From an uncultured Bacteroidales bacterium (GTDB lineage: Bacteria; Bacteroidota; Bacteroidia; Bacteroidales; UBA4417), in assembly GCA_903864265.1 (NCBI GenBank), contig CAIPFN010000243.1, forward strand, positions 1 through 60,459: a DNA stretch of 60,459 bases, written 5' to 3'. Below, in pieces: positions 19,415 through 28,636 of the stretch; the stretch's first letter is position 1, and every line of letters begins with the position of its first letter. Under the pieces are notes generated by a model that saw only the letters and a list, made by a program, of their open reading frames with translations, was not told the DNA's origin and ran no database searches. Position numbers and translations under genes: made by a program.

Positions 19415-20803
19415 TTATTTGGGTTCACAAACAACAGATAAAGCAAAATTGCCGGATACTTTATGTTCAATTGAACTTATGCAAGGCTTTTCTGTCTTAT
19501 CATGGCTGTCTTCATATAAAGTACCATCGAAGTTACCGGCGACCAACCCTCCTGTTCTGAGCGTTAGGGATGTTATGTTTACCTTCAGGTTATTGCATAT
19601 CTCATTCGAAACCTGGCAGGAAGTGCCATTGGGTCTTCTTATGTATGAATTTAAGCCGGCTGACCATCCTTGTGATAGTAGACTAATTGCATCAGTGGAA
19701 CAATCAATACTATTCGGTCCTAGTTTAGGGTTTTTTATCCTGATAGTAAGTGAATTGGGAAAACCTGCTGATATTAAAAGAACAAGTCCTTTTTCTGCAA
19801 CCGAGCCATCATCGTAGTGTGCTTCTGCTAACGCTATATGAGCCGGATCTTTCCCTTTTGCTGCATCTATATATTTTTTGTCTAACAACTGATGACCGTA
19901 CCACTGCTTACCATCAATTGTGGCCTCAAACTTTCCCTCATTGAGAAGCATCACCTGCGACTTAAGCGTAAATTTCTCTTTTGTTTTTTTATATATTAAT
20001 TCGCAGGTTATTTCTACCAACCGGATATCGTTTAACGGAACCACTATCGGGGCTTTGTAAATACCAAAATGATTAGATCCCTCCAATTGCCCTAATTGAT
20101 TAGATATCGGTGCAGGGAGTCCGTTCATTTTCCATCCTGTTATTATAAAATCAGGAGTTACAGGACTATTATTCCCCATTTCTTTATCATCTTTCCTTAC
20201 CAGGATATTCAATTCTGCATCATGGTTTTTTCGCACTTCTTCTGATTCTCTCTCCCGTCGATGACGTTCAATGGTTGCGGGTGCAATTTCGTCGGGATTA
20301 ATTTTACTGTAATCCGGTTTAGCCGGGTTTAGCTTGTCAGCAGCTTTCATTTGTTGATCCAGGTAGTCCCCATGTTCTTGACTTGTAAGTAATTGATCAT
20401 CGATCTGAGTCTCCCTATAGCTTTCTTCTCTTTGTCTATATCCAATGAATGTTAGCGTACTAACTTCAAAAAATTCTGTTTCGCCCCGCTTTAATTCAAT
20501 AGAGGATGGAATCATTACCAATTTTTCGAAAGCATCTCTGGCTTGTTTCGATTTGCCTGTTACATTATCAATTTTAGAAATTGGTTTGTTTTTATCCCCC
20601 AAACTGGAACCCTTCATTGCATCATTTACCCTGGCTTTCGCTTCGGGAGGCAACTGATCGATCATTTTTTGGGCATCCTTCAATGCCTTGTCCATATCCT
20701 GTTGTGTGGGCGCCGGCTTGCTCTTTGTATTTACCTGAGCAACAGCAAAGAATGCTGAAAAAACCAGAGAAATGGTGCAATATATACAGGCTGCCTTTTT
20801 CAT
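19415..20803 (-). CDS. Secreted hypothetical protein
   Basis: 462-aa ORF with signal peptide (..AVA-Q), helical N-terminal segment and beta-rich C-terminus. Confidence 0.75.
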   Translation of the reverse strand: MKKAACIYCTISLVFSAFFAVAQVNTKSKPAPTQQDMDKALKDAQKMIDQLPPEAKARVNDAMKGSSLGDKNKPISKIDNVTGKSKQARDAFEKLVMIPSSIELKRGETEFFEVSTLTFIGYRQREESYRETQIDDQLLTSQEHGDYLDQQMKAADKLNPAKPDYSKINPDEIAPATIERHRRERESEEVRKNHDAELNILVRKDDKEMGNNSPVTPDFIITGWKMNGLPAPISNQLGQLEGSNHFGIYKAPIVVPLNDIRLVEITCELIYKKTKEKFTLKSQVMLLNEGKFEATIDGKQWYGHQLLDKKYIDAAKGKDPAHIALAEAHYDDGSVAEKGLVLLISAGFPNSLTIRIKNPKLGPNSIDCSTDAISLLSQGWSAGLNSYIRRPNGTSCQVSNEICNNLKVNITSLTLRTGGLVAGNFDGTLYEDSHDKTEKPCISSIEHKVSGNFALSVVCEPK

Positions 20804-20826
20804 AATGTCGATTTATTTTGATAAAA

Positions 20827-20921
20827 CTAGTCCAAATCCTTCTCGCAGATATAATCCTGATGGCCCGACTGCCGCTCCAATCATAATCCTAACATGATTT
20901 ATTGTAAACAATGGTTTTAGC
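20827..20921 (-). pseudogene. Decayed 3' remnant of a homolog of 23046..24335
   Basis: Minus strand reads GHQDYICEKDLD* (versus GHQLYVCQKELK*) and, in another frame, AKTIVY (versus AKSIVY). Confidence 0.6.
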
Positions 20922-20962
20922 CCAGGCCGGCACACTACAAAAGCTGCCACAACTTGCTGATG

Positions 20963-22816
20963 TTAGTTTGCCAGAGGGTCATGTACCACTTTTATTTTAA
21001 TGATGCCTTTAGTTAATTCCATGTCTCCGTCTTTATGTTTGGTATCAATGGTTTGATCGATTAAGACGGAGGAATTATTAACCGCATTATAGAGAATAAC
21101 AGCCCTGAAGTTAAAACTTGCCGCTGCAGTTTTCTGCTCTGCATCCTGCTTTAGATGCACCATTAAATTTTTATTTTTTAAGTTTTCCAAGGGGGTACTG
21201 CTGACAGACATACTGGTTAACTGGGGAATCCTACCCATCATTTCGTTGGCAACAGCCATGATATCTTTATTTTTGCCGGGCTCTTCTGACTGTACAGTAA
21301 AAACAAGGTTCATAAAACCCAATAAGTCTGCTTTATAGGCTTCTGCTATATTCCCCGATAAATCTGCATCTGGAGGATAATGTGCCGGAGCCAGAGTAGC
21401 CGAATCCTGCTGGCTGCCCTCTGAAAAATCGATACGGAAAACAGGCAGGGGCAACAGCATATCTTTTGGCCCGCTGTATGGGTAGTCATTCCATTTATCT
21501 TTATCATCCTTAACCGATTTTATACCCGTTGTAACCTTCATGGGAATATAAAAATCGGCTGGTTTGGCATTTCCGTAATCGGGTTCAGACAGCATTAGTG
21601 TCCATTTGCAACCAATCCTCGACAGGGATACAAATACTTTATCAGAAGTTTCTGTTTTGCCCGAGGCTTTTGTTACCAATTTGTCATCATCAGTGACCTC
21701 AATGTTGAATTCAATACCGGCGGTCAGCGCAAAGCGATTCAATTTCATAATTCTTTCAAAAAGCTGGGCTAATCTTTCTGCTGTTTTATCATTACCCAAT
21801 AGCTGCATTTGCCTGCAACGACCCAAGGTAATAGACAGATTGAATATCACATCCCAATTCTTCTTCTCTATTTCTCCATTCATATAATTTTCAAATTCCT
21901 GACCATTTAGCAGGTCGGTAATCACAGTCATATCACCGGATTCTATACCCAACAGTTGTTTTTGTCTTTCGAATTTCAGACTGATAGTAAAAACACATTC
22001 CTGCATGAAAATATCTTTGCCGTATTGGGCGAGAAGTAATTTTATTTTTTCATCTGACCTTGAAATAGAAAGGTTGAAGCCCTCTTTTAAATCATTTTCG
22101 AGGGATGTAGCAGGGTCCGGCTCCGTTCCTGTTAAAGCAAAGTAGCGGTAAATTTCAAATACTTTTCTTATCAACTCACGCTCATAAGCCAAAAATCCGT
22201 CTTCCCATTTTTTCCTTTCCGCGTCGTAAAGCTTTTGTGCATTTTCATCACAGAGGGTTGCAAGACTAAAGTTTTTTTTGGGAGGTGGTTCAAAACTCAT
22301 GGGTGGTTTGTTCAGTAAAAGCTGTTTGAGCTGCCTGTGCATTTCACCAAGATTTCCTTTTGGGGGCAGTTTTGAGGCTTCACTGCCCTTGGGCTTTTCA
22401 GGTGCAGTTTGTGCTAATGGAAGTGCTGTTTGCGCAGAAGATGCCGGAAGTGCAGCCAGGTCAATGGTATTCTTAACAGCATCATTCAATCGGTCATCTA
22501 TAATATTAAACTCGTCAACGGTCATTTGAATCAAAGGGTAATTCATAAAACTGTTTTTCTTTGCCGCTTCCTCATTCACATAATCGTCAGTCATCTGTGC
22601 CGATTTGGATAAATTACCTACCAAAATGCGAAACGGATCCCGGCTCTTCAATGGCTGAGCAATAACCTCATCCCTTTTCCTGCTGTATAGCACTACCATG
22701 CTTTTAGTGGTAACCAGCATGCTGTCATTTATTTTTGTTCCATTGTACCAAAGCAAATGGTCTTTTGCCTGTGCCTCTGTTGGCACCTTTAAGGGTTGAG
22801 TTAAATGAATGGGCAC
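20963..22816 (-). CDS. Hypothetical protein, C-terminal part of a frameshifted secreted protein
   Basis: 617-aa ORF with no signal peptide; joins 22827..23021 in frame if the A9 tract at 22845-22853 is A8. Confidence 0.7.
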   Translation of the reverse strand: MPIHLTQPLKVPTEAQAKDHLLWYNGTKINDSMLVTTKSMVVLYSRKRDEVIAQPLKSRDPFRILVGNLSKSAQMTDDYVNEEAAKKNSFMNYPLIQMTVDEFNIIDDRLNDAVKNTIDLAALPASSAQTALPLAQTAPEKPKGSEASKLPPKGNLGEMHRQLKQLLLNKPPMSFEPPPKKNFSLATLCDENAQKLYDAERKKWEDGFLAYERELIRKVFEIYRYFALTGTEPDPATSLENDLKEGFNLSISRSDEKIKLLLAQYGKDIFMQECVFTISLKFERQKQLLGIESGDMTVITDLLNGQEFENYMNGEIEKKNWDVIFNLSITLGRCRQMQLLGNDKTAERLAQLFERIMKLNRFALTAGIEFNIEVTDDDKLVTKASGKTETSDKVFVSLSRIGCKWTLMLSEPDYGNAKPADFYIPMKVTTGIKSVKDDKDKWNDYPYSGPKDMLLPLPVFRIDFSEGSQQDSATLAPAHYPPDADLSGNIAEAYKADLLGFMNLVFTVQSEEPGKNKDIMAVANEMMGRIPQLTSMSVSSTPLENLKNKNLMVHLKQDAEQKTAAASFNFRAVILYNAVNNSSVLIDQTIDTKHKDGDMELTKGIIKIKVVHDPLAN

Positions 22817-22826
22817 TATGGAGGAT

Positions 22827-23021
22827 CTAGGTTTTATGACTCCGTTTTTTTTTAGGCAATGTTTTTAAAGAGGAAGAATCTTTTCCCTGTTGCTGAAATT
22901 TTGAGAGCATTGACTGGGCATCTTTAACCATTTTATCTATCTCCGCCTGGGAAGGTTCCTGGCAAAACCCATTCAGAAAAAACAGAACAAAAGAGAGGGT
23001 GGTGAGGATGATTTTTTTCAT
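22827..23021 (-). pseudogene. N-terminal (signal peptide) fragment of the frameshifted gene 20963..23021
   Basis: MKKIILTTLSFVLFFLNGFC-Q signal peptide; frame ends just after an A9 run. Confidence 0.7.
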
Positions 23022-23045
23022 GACATTTTGGTGCTAATTGAAAAA

Positions 23046-24335
23046 TTATTTCAATTCCTTCTGGCAGACATACAATTGATGTCCATCCGCATTTTTCATC
23101 ATTTCAAACCATACGATATAGTCTTTGCCATTAAAATTCAGTATTTGTGCATCTCCCATATTGTCAATCGTTTCTTTGCTGCCGTCAGGGTAATACAAAG
23201 TGTGTTGCTGGTAAACAATGGATTTTGCCGGGTTGCTTGCCACCAATAAATTGGTTTTGGTTATGTTTATCGGGAAATCAAGTTTAGTGGTATAATCAAT
23301 GTATGCTTCCATAGTGTTATAATTTTCGGTATCGGTTTCGTTGTGCACTTTGTTCTTTTGTTTGACGATACTCACCACACGACCATTGTCGGTGCCATAC
23401 ACTTCAGAATAGAATTTTCCGCCTGAATACATATTGTCATTTTTTATATCAGGGATATTAATTACAGGCAACGTTTTGCCATTCGAAAAGGTATGGGCGT
23501 TTTTACCTTGTGCGAAAGCCAAAGTGCCGCATGGATAAGTAGTTGAAAGACTTCCCATTAAGTAGTCCTTTACGCGCAGCACATTCTTTTCGGTCAGTAT
23601 CAGGCCGTTAAAGCCGGCTTTTTTCTCTCCAATAAAACTTTCGCTGCCAAATCCGAAAAAATTTTCTGTAGGTTTGCCATCTTCCATGGATTTTAAAACC
23701 AGCATCTTTTCCCCGGAACCCTTATACGGCCCATAGCTTTTCCCTTTGTATCTGAATGCAAATGATACGTCCGGTATGTTTACCGAAGTTCCTGGACCCG
23801 TTGAATGAGCTACCATAACTTCTGATTCGGTGAAAAATTCAGATTTATTTTTTTCATAACTAATAAACTGCGGTCGCAATGGAATTCGTAAAGAATCATT
23901 TTCCAATCTTTTACCATCAAAATAAATGACATAATTGGTTATTTCGCCTACGTCATAATAACTGATAATCCGCACCCGGACATAATTGAGAATTTTGGGA
24001 TCAGCATCATCTTTTTTGGGCTGCCCCGGCGCTTGTATATAACCACCCCAAAACCTGTCGCCTTTCTTTTGCTGCAATATCATTATACCATTAACCGGAG
24101 CCTGATCAATAAAAACAGGCTTCTCGTTATTTTCCGTGGCGTCGCTATATTCGCTGCCTGCGGCTTCTTCATTTTTTTCTGTTTGGGTTGTGGGCTTTTC
24201 AATGGCCATAGCTTTGTCAACCGTTTTGTTTACTTTGTCTTTTAACTTATTCAGGATTTGTGCCTGAGAGGGTATTATTGAGATCAATAATACAGACACA
24301 AGAATTAGATTTTTATAAACAAATACTTTTTTCAT
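23046..24335 (-). CDS. Secreted hypothetical protein
   Basis: 429 aa; signal peptide (SQA-Q) followed by QILNKLKDKVNK. Confidence 0.75.
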   Translation of the reverse strand: MKKVFVYKNLILVSVLLISIIPSQAQILNKLKDKVNKTVDKAMAIEKPTTQTEKNEEAAGSEYSDATENNEKPVFIDQAPVNGIMILQQKKGDRFWGGYIQAPGQPKKDDADPKILNYVRVRIISYYDVGEITNYVIYFDGKRLENDSLRIPLRPQFISYEKNKSEFFTESEVMVAHSTGPGTSVNIPDVSFAFRYKGKSYGPYKGSGEKMLVLKSMEDGKPTENFFGFGSESFIGEKKAGFNGLILTEKNVLRVKDYLMGSLSTTYPCGTLAFAQGKNAHTFSNGKTLPVINIPDIKNDNMYSGGKFYSEVYGTDNGRVVSIVKQKNKVHNETDTENYNTMEAYIDYTTKLDFPINITKTNLLVASNPAKSIVYQQHTLYYPDGSKETIDNMGDAQILNFNGKDYIVWFEMMKNADGHQLYVCQKELK

Positions 24336-24421
24336 GGTCTATTTTTTTGAGATTTTAGATTTTCAGCATGCTTGACATCAACAGCGTTCTTTCCGGAAAG
24401 TGAATCATGGTCAATGGGAAC

Positions 24422-24865
24422 TCACTTTTTGATCCGTACATATTTTTCAACAGTAGCCTCTTTTTTATCCATGACACCCTTATCGTCAACCGGATACGTT
24501 TGGGTGAGGGTATCATTCTTTATTTCCAGGGTCATTTTGATTGTTTTGCCTTCCCAGGGCTTGTAAAAAAGAATACTTACATTTTCCTCGTATAGGTTTC
24601 CTTCCAGTTTGAATGTTCCGGTACCATAGGCATCCGTAACAGTTGTATCTGCTTTTATACGGGCAACAAACATCCAATGATTGCCCGACCAGATTTTTGT
24701 CAGATCCATATCCATTTTACCCGGGAAATCTACCACCGACGAATCGCCTTTAAATGTTTGGGAATGAGCGAGTTTCCAGGCGCCTTCGATATTGAGGCTA
24801 TTCTTCTGGCTACAAGCGCTGATGATGAATGTTGCTATTAAAATGCAAAAGAGATTTGTTCTCAT
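24422..24865 (-). CDS. Hypothetical lipoprotein, possibly lipocalin-like
   Basis: Lipobox IISAC; IEGAWKL (GxW) start of a small beta-rich domain. Confidence 0.65.
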   Translation of the reverse strand: MRTNLFCILIATFIISACSQKNSLNIEGAWKLAHSQTFKGDSSVVDFPGKMDMDLTKIWSGNHWMFVARIKADTTVTDAYGTGTFKLEGNLYEENVSILFYKPWEGKTIKMTLEIKNDTLTQTYPVDDKGVMDKKEATVEKYVRIKK

Positions 24866-24935
24866 AATTTCAGGTTTTTCAGGTTAATTTTAGTTGATCT
24901 GGTACCAGTAAAAAAAATCCTTGCTCTTTTCTTTA

Positions 24936-25319
24936 TTATGCCGGTGCCTGCGTCATGCCCAGTTGGTCTATAAGTGCCATCGAATCGGCCATTAACCAGT
25001 GATGTACGATTTTACCGTTATCAATCTGGTAGCTGATTACCAATGGAAATTCAACCATACGATGGGTGGGCGGGATGCCGTTAAATTCACCTTCATGGCG
25101 ACCTTTCAATCGCCCACGAACCATTACCCGGTTGCCTTCCGCCATCATCTCATCGGTAAAAATTTCGTAGTTTGGAAACACCGATTCGAAAAAAAGTATA
25201 TGCCCGATAAGTTCCCTGTCTGTAATATATTCCTCCAGAAGTTCTCTTGTTACTGCAGACCCGGCCATGGCATTAAAATACCGGATGATAAATTCCTTGT
25301 TTTCCTTTTCCTTTTCCAT
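24936..25319 (-). CDS. SnoaL-like ester cyclase/NTF2-fold protein
   Basis: AEGNRV, GRHEGEFNGIPPT, NGKIVHHW. Confidence 0.85.
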   Translation of the reverse strand: MEKEKENKEFIIRYFNAMAGSAVTRELLEEYITDRELIGHILFFESVFPNYEIFTDEMMAEGNRVMVRGRLKGRHEGEFNGIPPTHRMVEFPLVISYQIDNGKIVHHWLMADSMALIDQLGMTQAPA

Positions 25320-25550
25320 ACTGATTATAAATTTATTACTGTTGCCTCAAAAGGTAGTTACCCGTTTGCAGCAAACAAATATTCAATTGTTGCAGATGCA
25401 TTGAAACGACCGGAAAATGAGAAGGTAATACTATTTCGTTTTTAAAAGTGTTTTGCGAAATAGCTGATTGACTAAAAAAAAGTAATAAAAGCTATAGGAC
25501 GCCCTGGTTTATTTATATGGCCGACGGTCCTGGCCTTATCGGGCAGGTCT

Positions 25551-25934
25551 CTATGCCGGCATTTTCAGTACGCCCAGTTGTTCCATGAGCGCCATGGAAT
25601 CCGCAATAAGCCAGTGATGGACTATTTTCCCGTTTTCAATGTCGTAACTGATCACAAAAGGAAATTCAACTTTGCAGTGGGTAGGCGGGATGCCGTTAAA
25701 TTCTCCCTCGTGGCAGCCTTTCATTCTAGCCCTGACTACAACCCGATTACCTTCGGCAGTGATTTCGTCGGCAAACATTTCGTATTTCGGGAAGGCCGCA
25801 TCAAAAAAAGATATGTGACCCAGGAGTTCTTCATCGGTCATGTATTGCTCCATCAATTCCCTGGTTTTGAAAACCCCGCTTAATGCATTGATATAGCGGA
25901 TGATAAACTCTTTGTTTTGCCTTTGCTGTTCCAT
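25551..25934 (-). CDS. SnoaL-like ester cyclase/NTF2-fold protein (tandem paralog)
   Basis: Same motifs; start revised to ATG 25934 (MEQQ), giving 127 aa colinear with the neighbour; -7 box TAACTTTG (minus) at 25950-25957. Confidence 0.85.
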   Translation of the reverse strand: MEQQRQNKEFIIRYINALSGVFKTRELMEQYMTDEELLGHISFFDAAFPKYEMFADEITAEGNRVVVRARMKGCHEGEFNGIPPTHCKVEFPFVISYDIENGKIVHHWLIADSMALMEQLGVLKMPA

Positions 25935-25983
25935 GGTTATATTTTTTAACAAAGTTACATGCAGAAAACTGGATGTGTTATTC

Positions 25984-26014
25984 CATTTGTTGCGATCTTT
26001 TATTCATTTGTTGC
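25984..26014 (-). promoter_or_regulatory. Candidate AraC-type operator: 10-bp direct repeat with 21-bp period
   Basis: CATTTGTTGC at 25984-25993 and 26005-26014, just upstream of the SnoaL promoter and overlapping the AraC gene 3' end. Confidence 0.5.
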
Positions 26015-26866
26015 AGTTGTGTTGCTGCGGCGAAAAACAGAAGGCAGTATGCCATATTGCTTCTGAAAAATATTAGTAAAATGACTCAGGGTCTGAAACC
26101 CTGTTTTATAGGCTACTTCACTAACCGTGAGGTCCGTTGTTTCCAACAGTTGTTTTGCTTTTTGCAACCGCATGATTTTGATATAGTTGGCAGGTGCCTG
26201 ATGGATGAGTGATTTCAAACGGCGGAACAACTGTGTGCGGCTCAGCGACATGGCTTTGCATAAAGCTTCGGTGTCGAAATTTTCATCTTCCAGGTTAACT
26301 TTAATAAGGGTATTTATTTTTTGAATAAAAGCCGCTTCCTGGGGACGGCTCTGTTCAAGAGTGGCTATGAGCTTTTCGGTTTGCGTAAAATGCGAGCGCA
26401 AACGTTTTTGAATTTCTTTATAAAACTGGGGAAGATTATTTGCCGATATGTGGGTTGGGAGCACCTGATCAGGAGTTAAGCCCTGTTGGTGTAAAGGTAA
26501 AATCAGGATATACAGCGTTCCGTTGAGCAAAGCGTGGCCTGTAAAGGAGTAGGCCGTTTGTGTGGTAATTTCATTGACCCGGATCAGGTTGATACTGCTG
26601 TTTTCTATTTCAAGCTGAAGGTTTTGATTATCAGGGCTGTAAAATAAGCGCACCTCTATTTTGCTGTTCGGGGGCAGCAGACTGATAATGTTGCAAATGA
26701 GTTGAACCAGGGATTGGGAAAGTAAAAAAGGCTGGTAGTGTACGAGTTGTTTCTTTAAGGCTGATGAAAATGAAAGCTGCACTTTGTTGGCTTGTGCATA
26801 AGGCAGTAAGCCTTGCGTGAGACCCTTAAAAAATGATATAATATCGGCTTCGGCTGAATAAATCAT
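26000..26866 (-). CDS. AraC-family transcriptional regulator with degenerate kinase-like N-terminus
   Basis: C-terminal HTH SLSRTQLFRRLK...RLQKAKQLL...VSEVAYKTGFQTLSHFTNIFQKQYGILPS; start revised to ATG 26866. Confidence 0.85.
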   Translation of the reverse strand: MIYSAEADIISFFKGLTQGLLPYAQANKVQLSFSSALKKQLVHYQPFLLSQSLVQLICNIISLLPPNSKIEVRLFYSPDNQNLQLEIENSSINLIRVNEITTQTAYSFTGHALLNGTLYILILPLHQQGLTPDQVLPTHISANNLPQFYKEIQKRLRSHFTQTEKLIATLEQSRPQEAAFIQKINTLIKVNLEDENFDTEALCKAMSLSRTQLFRRLKSLIHQAPANYIKIMRLQKAKQLLETTDLTVSEVAYKTGFQTLSHFTNIFQKQYGILPSVFRRSNTTATNE

Positions 26867-27373
26867 ACAGTTTCCCCTTTTAATTGATAACAATACGTAT
26901 GGGTAGTTAATGAGCAGCAATTCAGTATAGCGAATGAAAACCCTTGCGACGACCACAAATCCGCTGTTTTAGCAGAGGGAAATGATCATTTAAAACTCAA
27001 TCAGCAAAATGCAGAAAACGTTAGGATGCTAAGTCATATAAGTTCAATAAAGATACATATAATATTCGACATATTTAAAAGCGAAAAAATCAATTTTATC
27101 CTGGGGGTACATGAAGATGCCGTTATTATAATAAGGAAGTACGGGCCGTTACCGGGTTCAAGCGTTTCTTGTCCGGAACACCTGGTTACTATACATAATG
27201 AATAGATAGATTGGGCGGATGGGCCAACTACACCAATTTACATGCTGCACTCCCGCTAATTTCTGTAGGAATGAGTTGATCTGTCTGCCTTAGGCGGATT
27301 ACAGCCCTTAGGAACATTATCCCCTGTTTCTGAGAGCGAATGCTCCTGGCACTCCCACAAATTCACCCGGAAT

Positions 27374-27426
27374 ATTATTACGCAAAATGCGTTACGCAAA
27401 ATGCGTAACGCATTTTGCGTAATAAT
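27374..27426. promoter_or_regulatory. Long inverted repeat (25-bp arms, 3-nt loop) made of three 14-bp-period boxes, overlapping the ATPase promoter
   Basis: ACGCA-N3-TGCGT boxes at 27380, 27394 and 27408; -7 box TACCTTTG at 27439-27446. Confidence 0.75.
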
Positions 27427-27466
27427 TGAAAAATGTCGTACCTTTGTGGGGAAAACACAGCTTAGC

Positions 27467-28588
27467 ATGAAACCACAAAACCCTTTTCCGACCTTAGAAT
27501 ACATTTCACCTGTTTATTTTTGCGACCGGGAAGCTGAGCTGGTTCAGCTTATTGATTCCATTGATAATCAAAGAAATATAACAATTATATCCCCTCGAAG
27601 GTTGGGGAAAACCGCCCTGATCAGGCACTGTTTCCATCAGCTGAAAAACAGGAAAGACCTTTCGCTGCATTATTTTGATATTTATGCCACCCGGAATTTG
27701 CACGAGTTTATCAACCTGCTCTCCTCGTCCCTGATCGGTTATTTTGAATCGAAACCGGAAAAAATGCTCGCGCAACTTGTAAAAATGCTCGGTCAGTTCA
27801 GGCCCAAGCTCTCCTTCGACGAGCTCTCGGGGGCGCCGGCCGTGGAATTATCCCTGCAATCCGATTCGGAAAAAGAACAAAGCCTGGCAGCCATTTTCAA
27901 CTACCTTTCGAAACAAAAGCAAAGAGTGGTGATTGCCATCGACGAGTTTCAGCAAATCACCAATTACCCCGAACAAAATGTGGAGGCCCTGTTGCGGTCG
28001 CATATTCAGTCCAACCCGAATGTGACCATGATCTTTTCGGGCAGCAACCGCCGGATGCTGGTTTCGTTATTTAGCGAGTATGCCCGCCCGTTTTATCAAA
28101 GCAGCGGTTTCCTTTTTCTGGATAAAATCGATCCGGAACTTTATAAAGTATTTATTGCCAGTCATTTCAAAAAGGCGGGAAGGAAGATCGCGGAGGAAGC
28201 CCTGGGTTTTATACTGGACTGGGCGCAGGGGCATACGTACTTCGTTCAGGAAATATGCAACCGTTTGTACGCGTCTGGCCTGGCTGCAATCGGCATACCG
28301 GAGGTAAAGCAGGTCACCTTTCAGATCCTGGAGGAAAGGGCGCCTTTATACCATGTGTTCCAAAACATGCTCACCGCTTCACAATATGCCCTGTTAAAGG
28401 CCATTGCCCATGAAACAAGCATTGAAAAGCATACGGCCTCTTCCTTTCTGACCAGGCACAAGCTTGGTGCGGCCAGTACCGTGGCCCGCTCCCTGGAAGC
28501 CCTGGAAACCAAAGATTTGATCCTGTTCGAAAATAACAGCTACTCCCTTTCCGATATTTTTCTGATGCGATGGCTGCAAAGACAATAA
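27467..28588 (+). CDS. P-loop ATPase (archaeal-ATPase/STAND-like) with probable C-terminal winged helix
   Basis: NPF..FCDRE, Walker A SPRRLGKT, Walker B IAIDEFQ, FSGS, GHTYFVQ; C-terminal STVARSLEALETKDLI..YSLSD; start revised to ATG 27467. Confidence 0.85.
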   Translation: MKPQNPFPTLEYISPVYFCDREAELVQLIDSIDNQRNITIISPRRLGKTALIRHCFHQLKNRKDLSLHYFDIYATRNLHEFINLLSSSLIGYFESKPEKMLAQLVKMLGQFRPKLSFDELSGAPAVELSLQSDSEKEQSLAAIFNYLSKQKQRVVIAIDEFQQITNYPEQNVEALLRSHIQSNPNVTMIFSGSNRRMLVSLFSEYARPFYQSSGFLFLDKIDPELYKVFIASHFKKAGRKIAEEALGFILDWAQGHTYFVQEICNRLYASGLAAIGIPEVKQVTFQILEERAPLYHVFQNMLTASQYALLKAIAHETSIEKHTASSFLTRHKLGAASTVARSLEALETKDLILFENNSYSLSDIFLMRWLQRQ

Positions 28589-28609
28589 GAAACCGACATG
28601 CTGTTTTTT

Positions 28610-28636
28610 GCGCAAAATGCGTAACGCATTTTGCGC
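28610..28636. promoter_or_regulatory. Second copy of the palindromic box pair, upstream of the hflX promoter
   Basis: GCGCAAAATGCGT-A-ACGCATTTTGCGC; 25-mer identical to 27395-27419; -7 box TACCTTTG at 28671-28678. Confidence 0.75.

Noticed and set aside
15700-27370. Prophage, ICE or integron explanation for the secreted-protein array
   Set aside because: No integrase, transposase, phage or conjugation genes, no tRNA target and no recurring attC-like sites were seen
27401-27466. Extended N-terminus of the ATPase (MRNAFC...) and similar upstream starts for susC, hflX, AraC and the 32640 ORF
   Set aside because: The extensions run through promoter boxes or palindromes, overlap the upstream gene, or precede the evident signal peptide or domain start; downstream ATGs fit better
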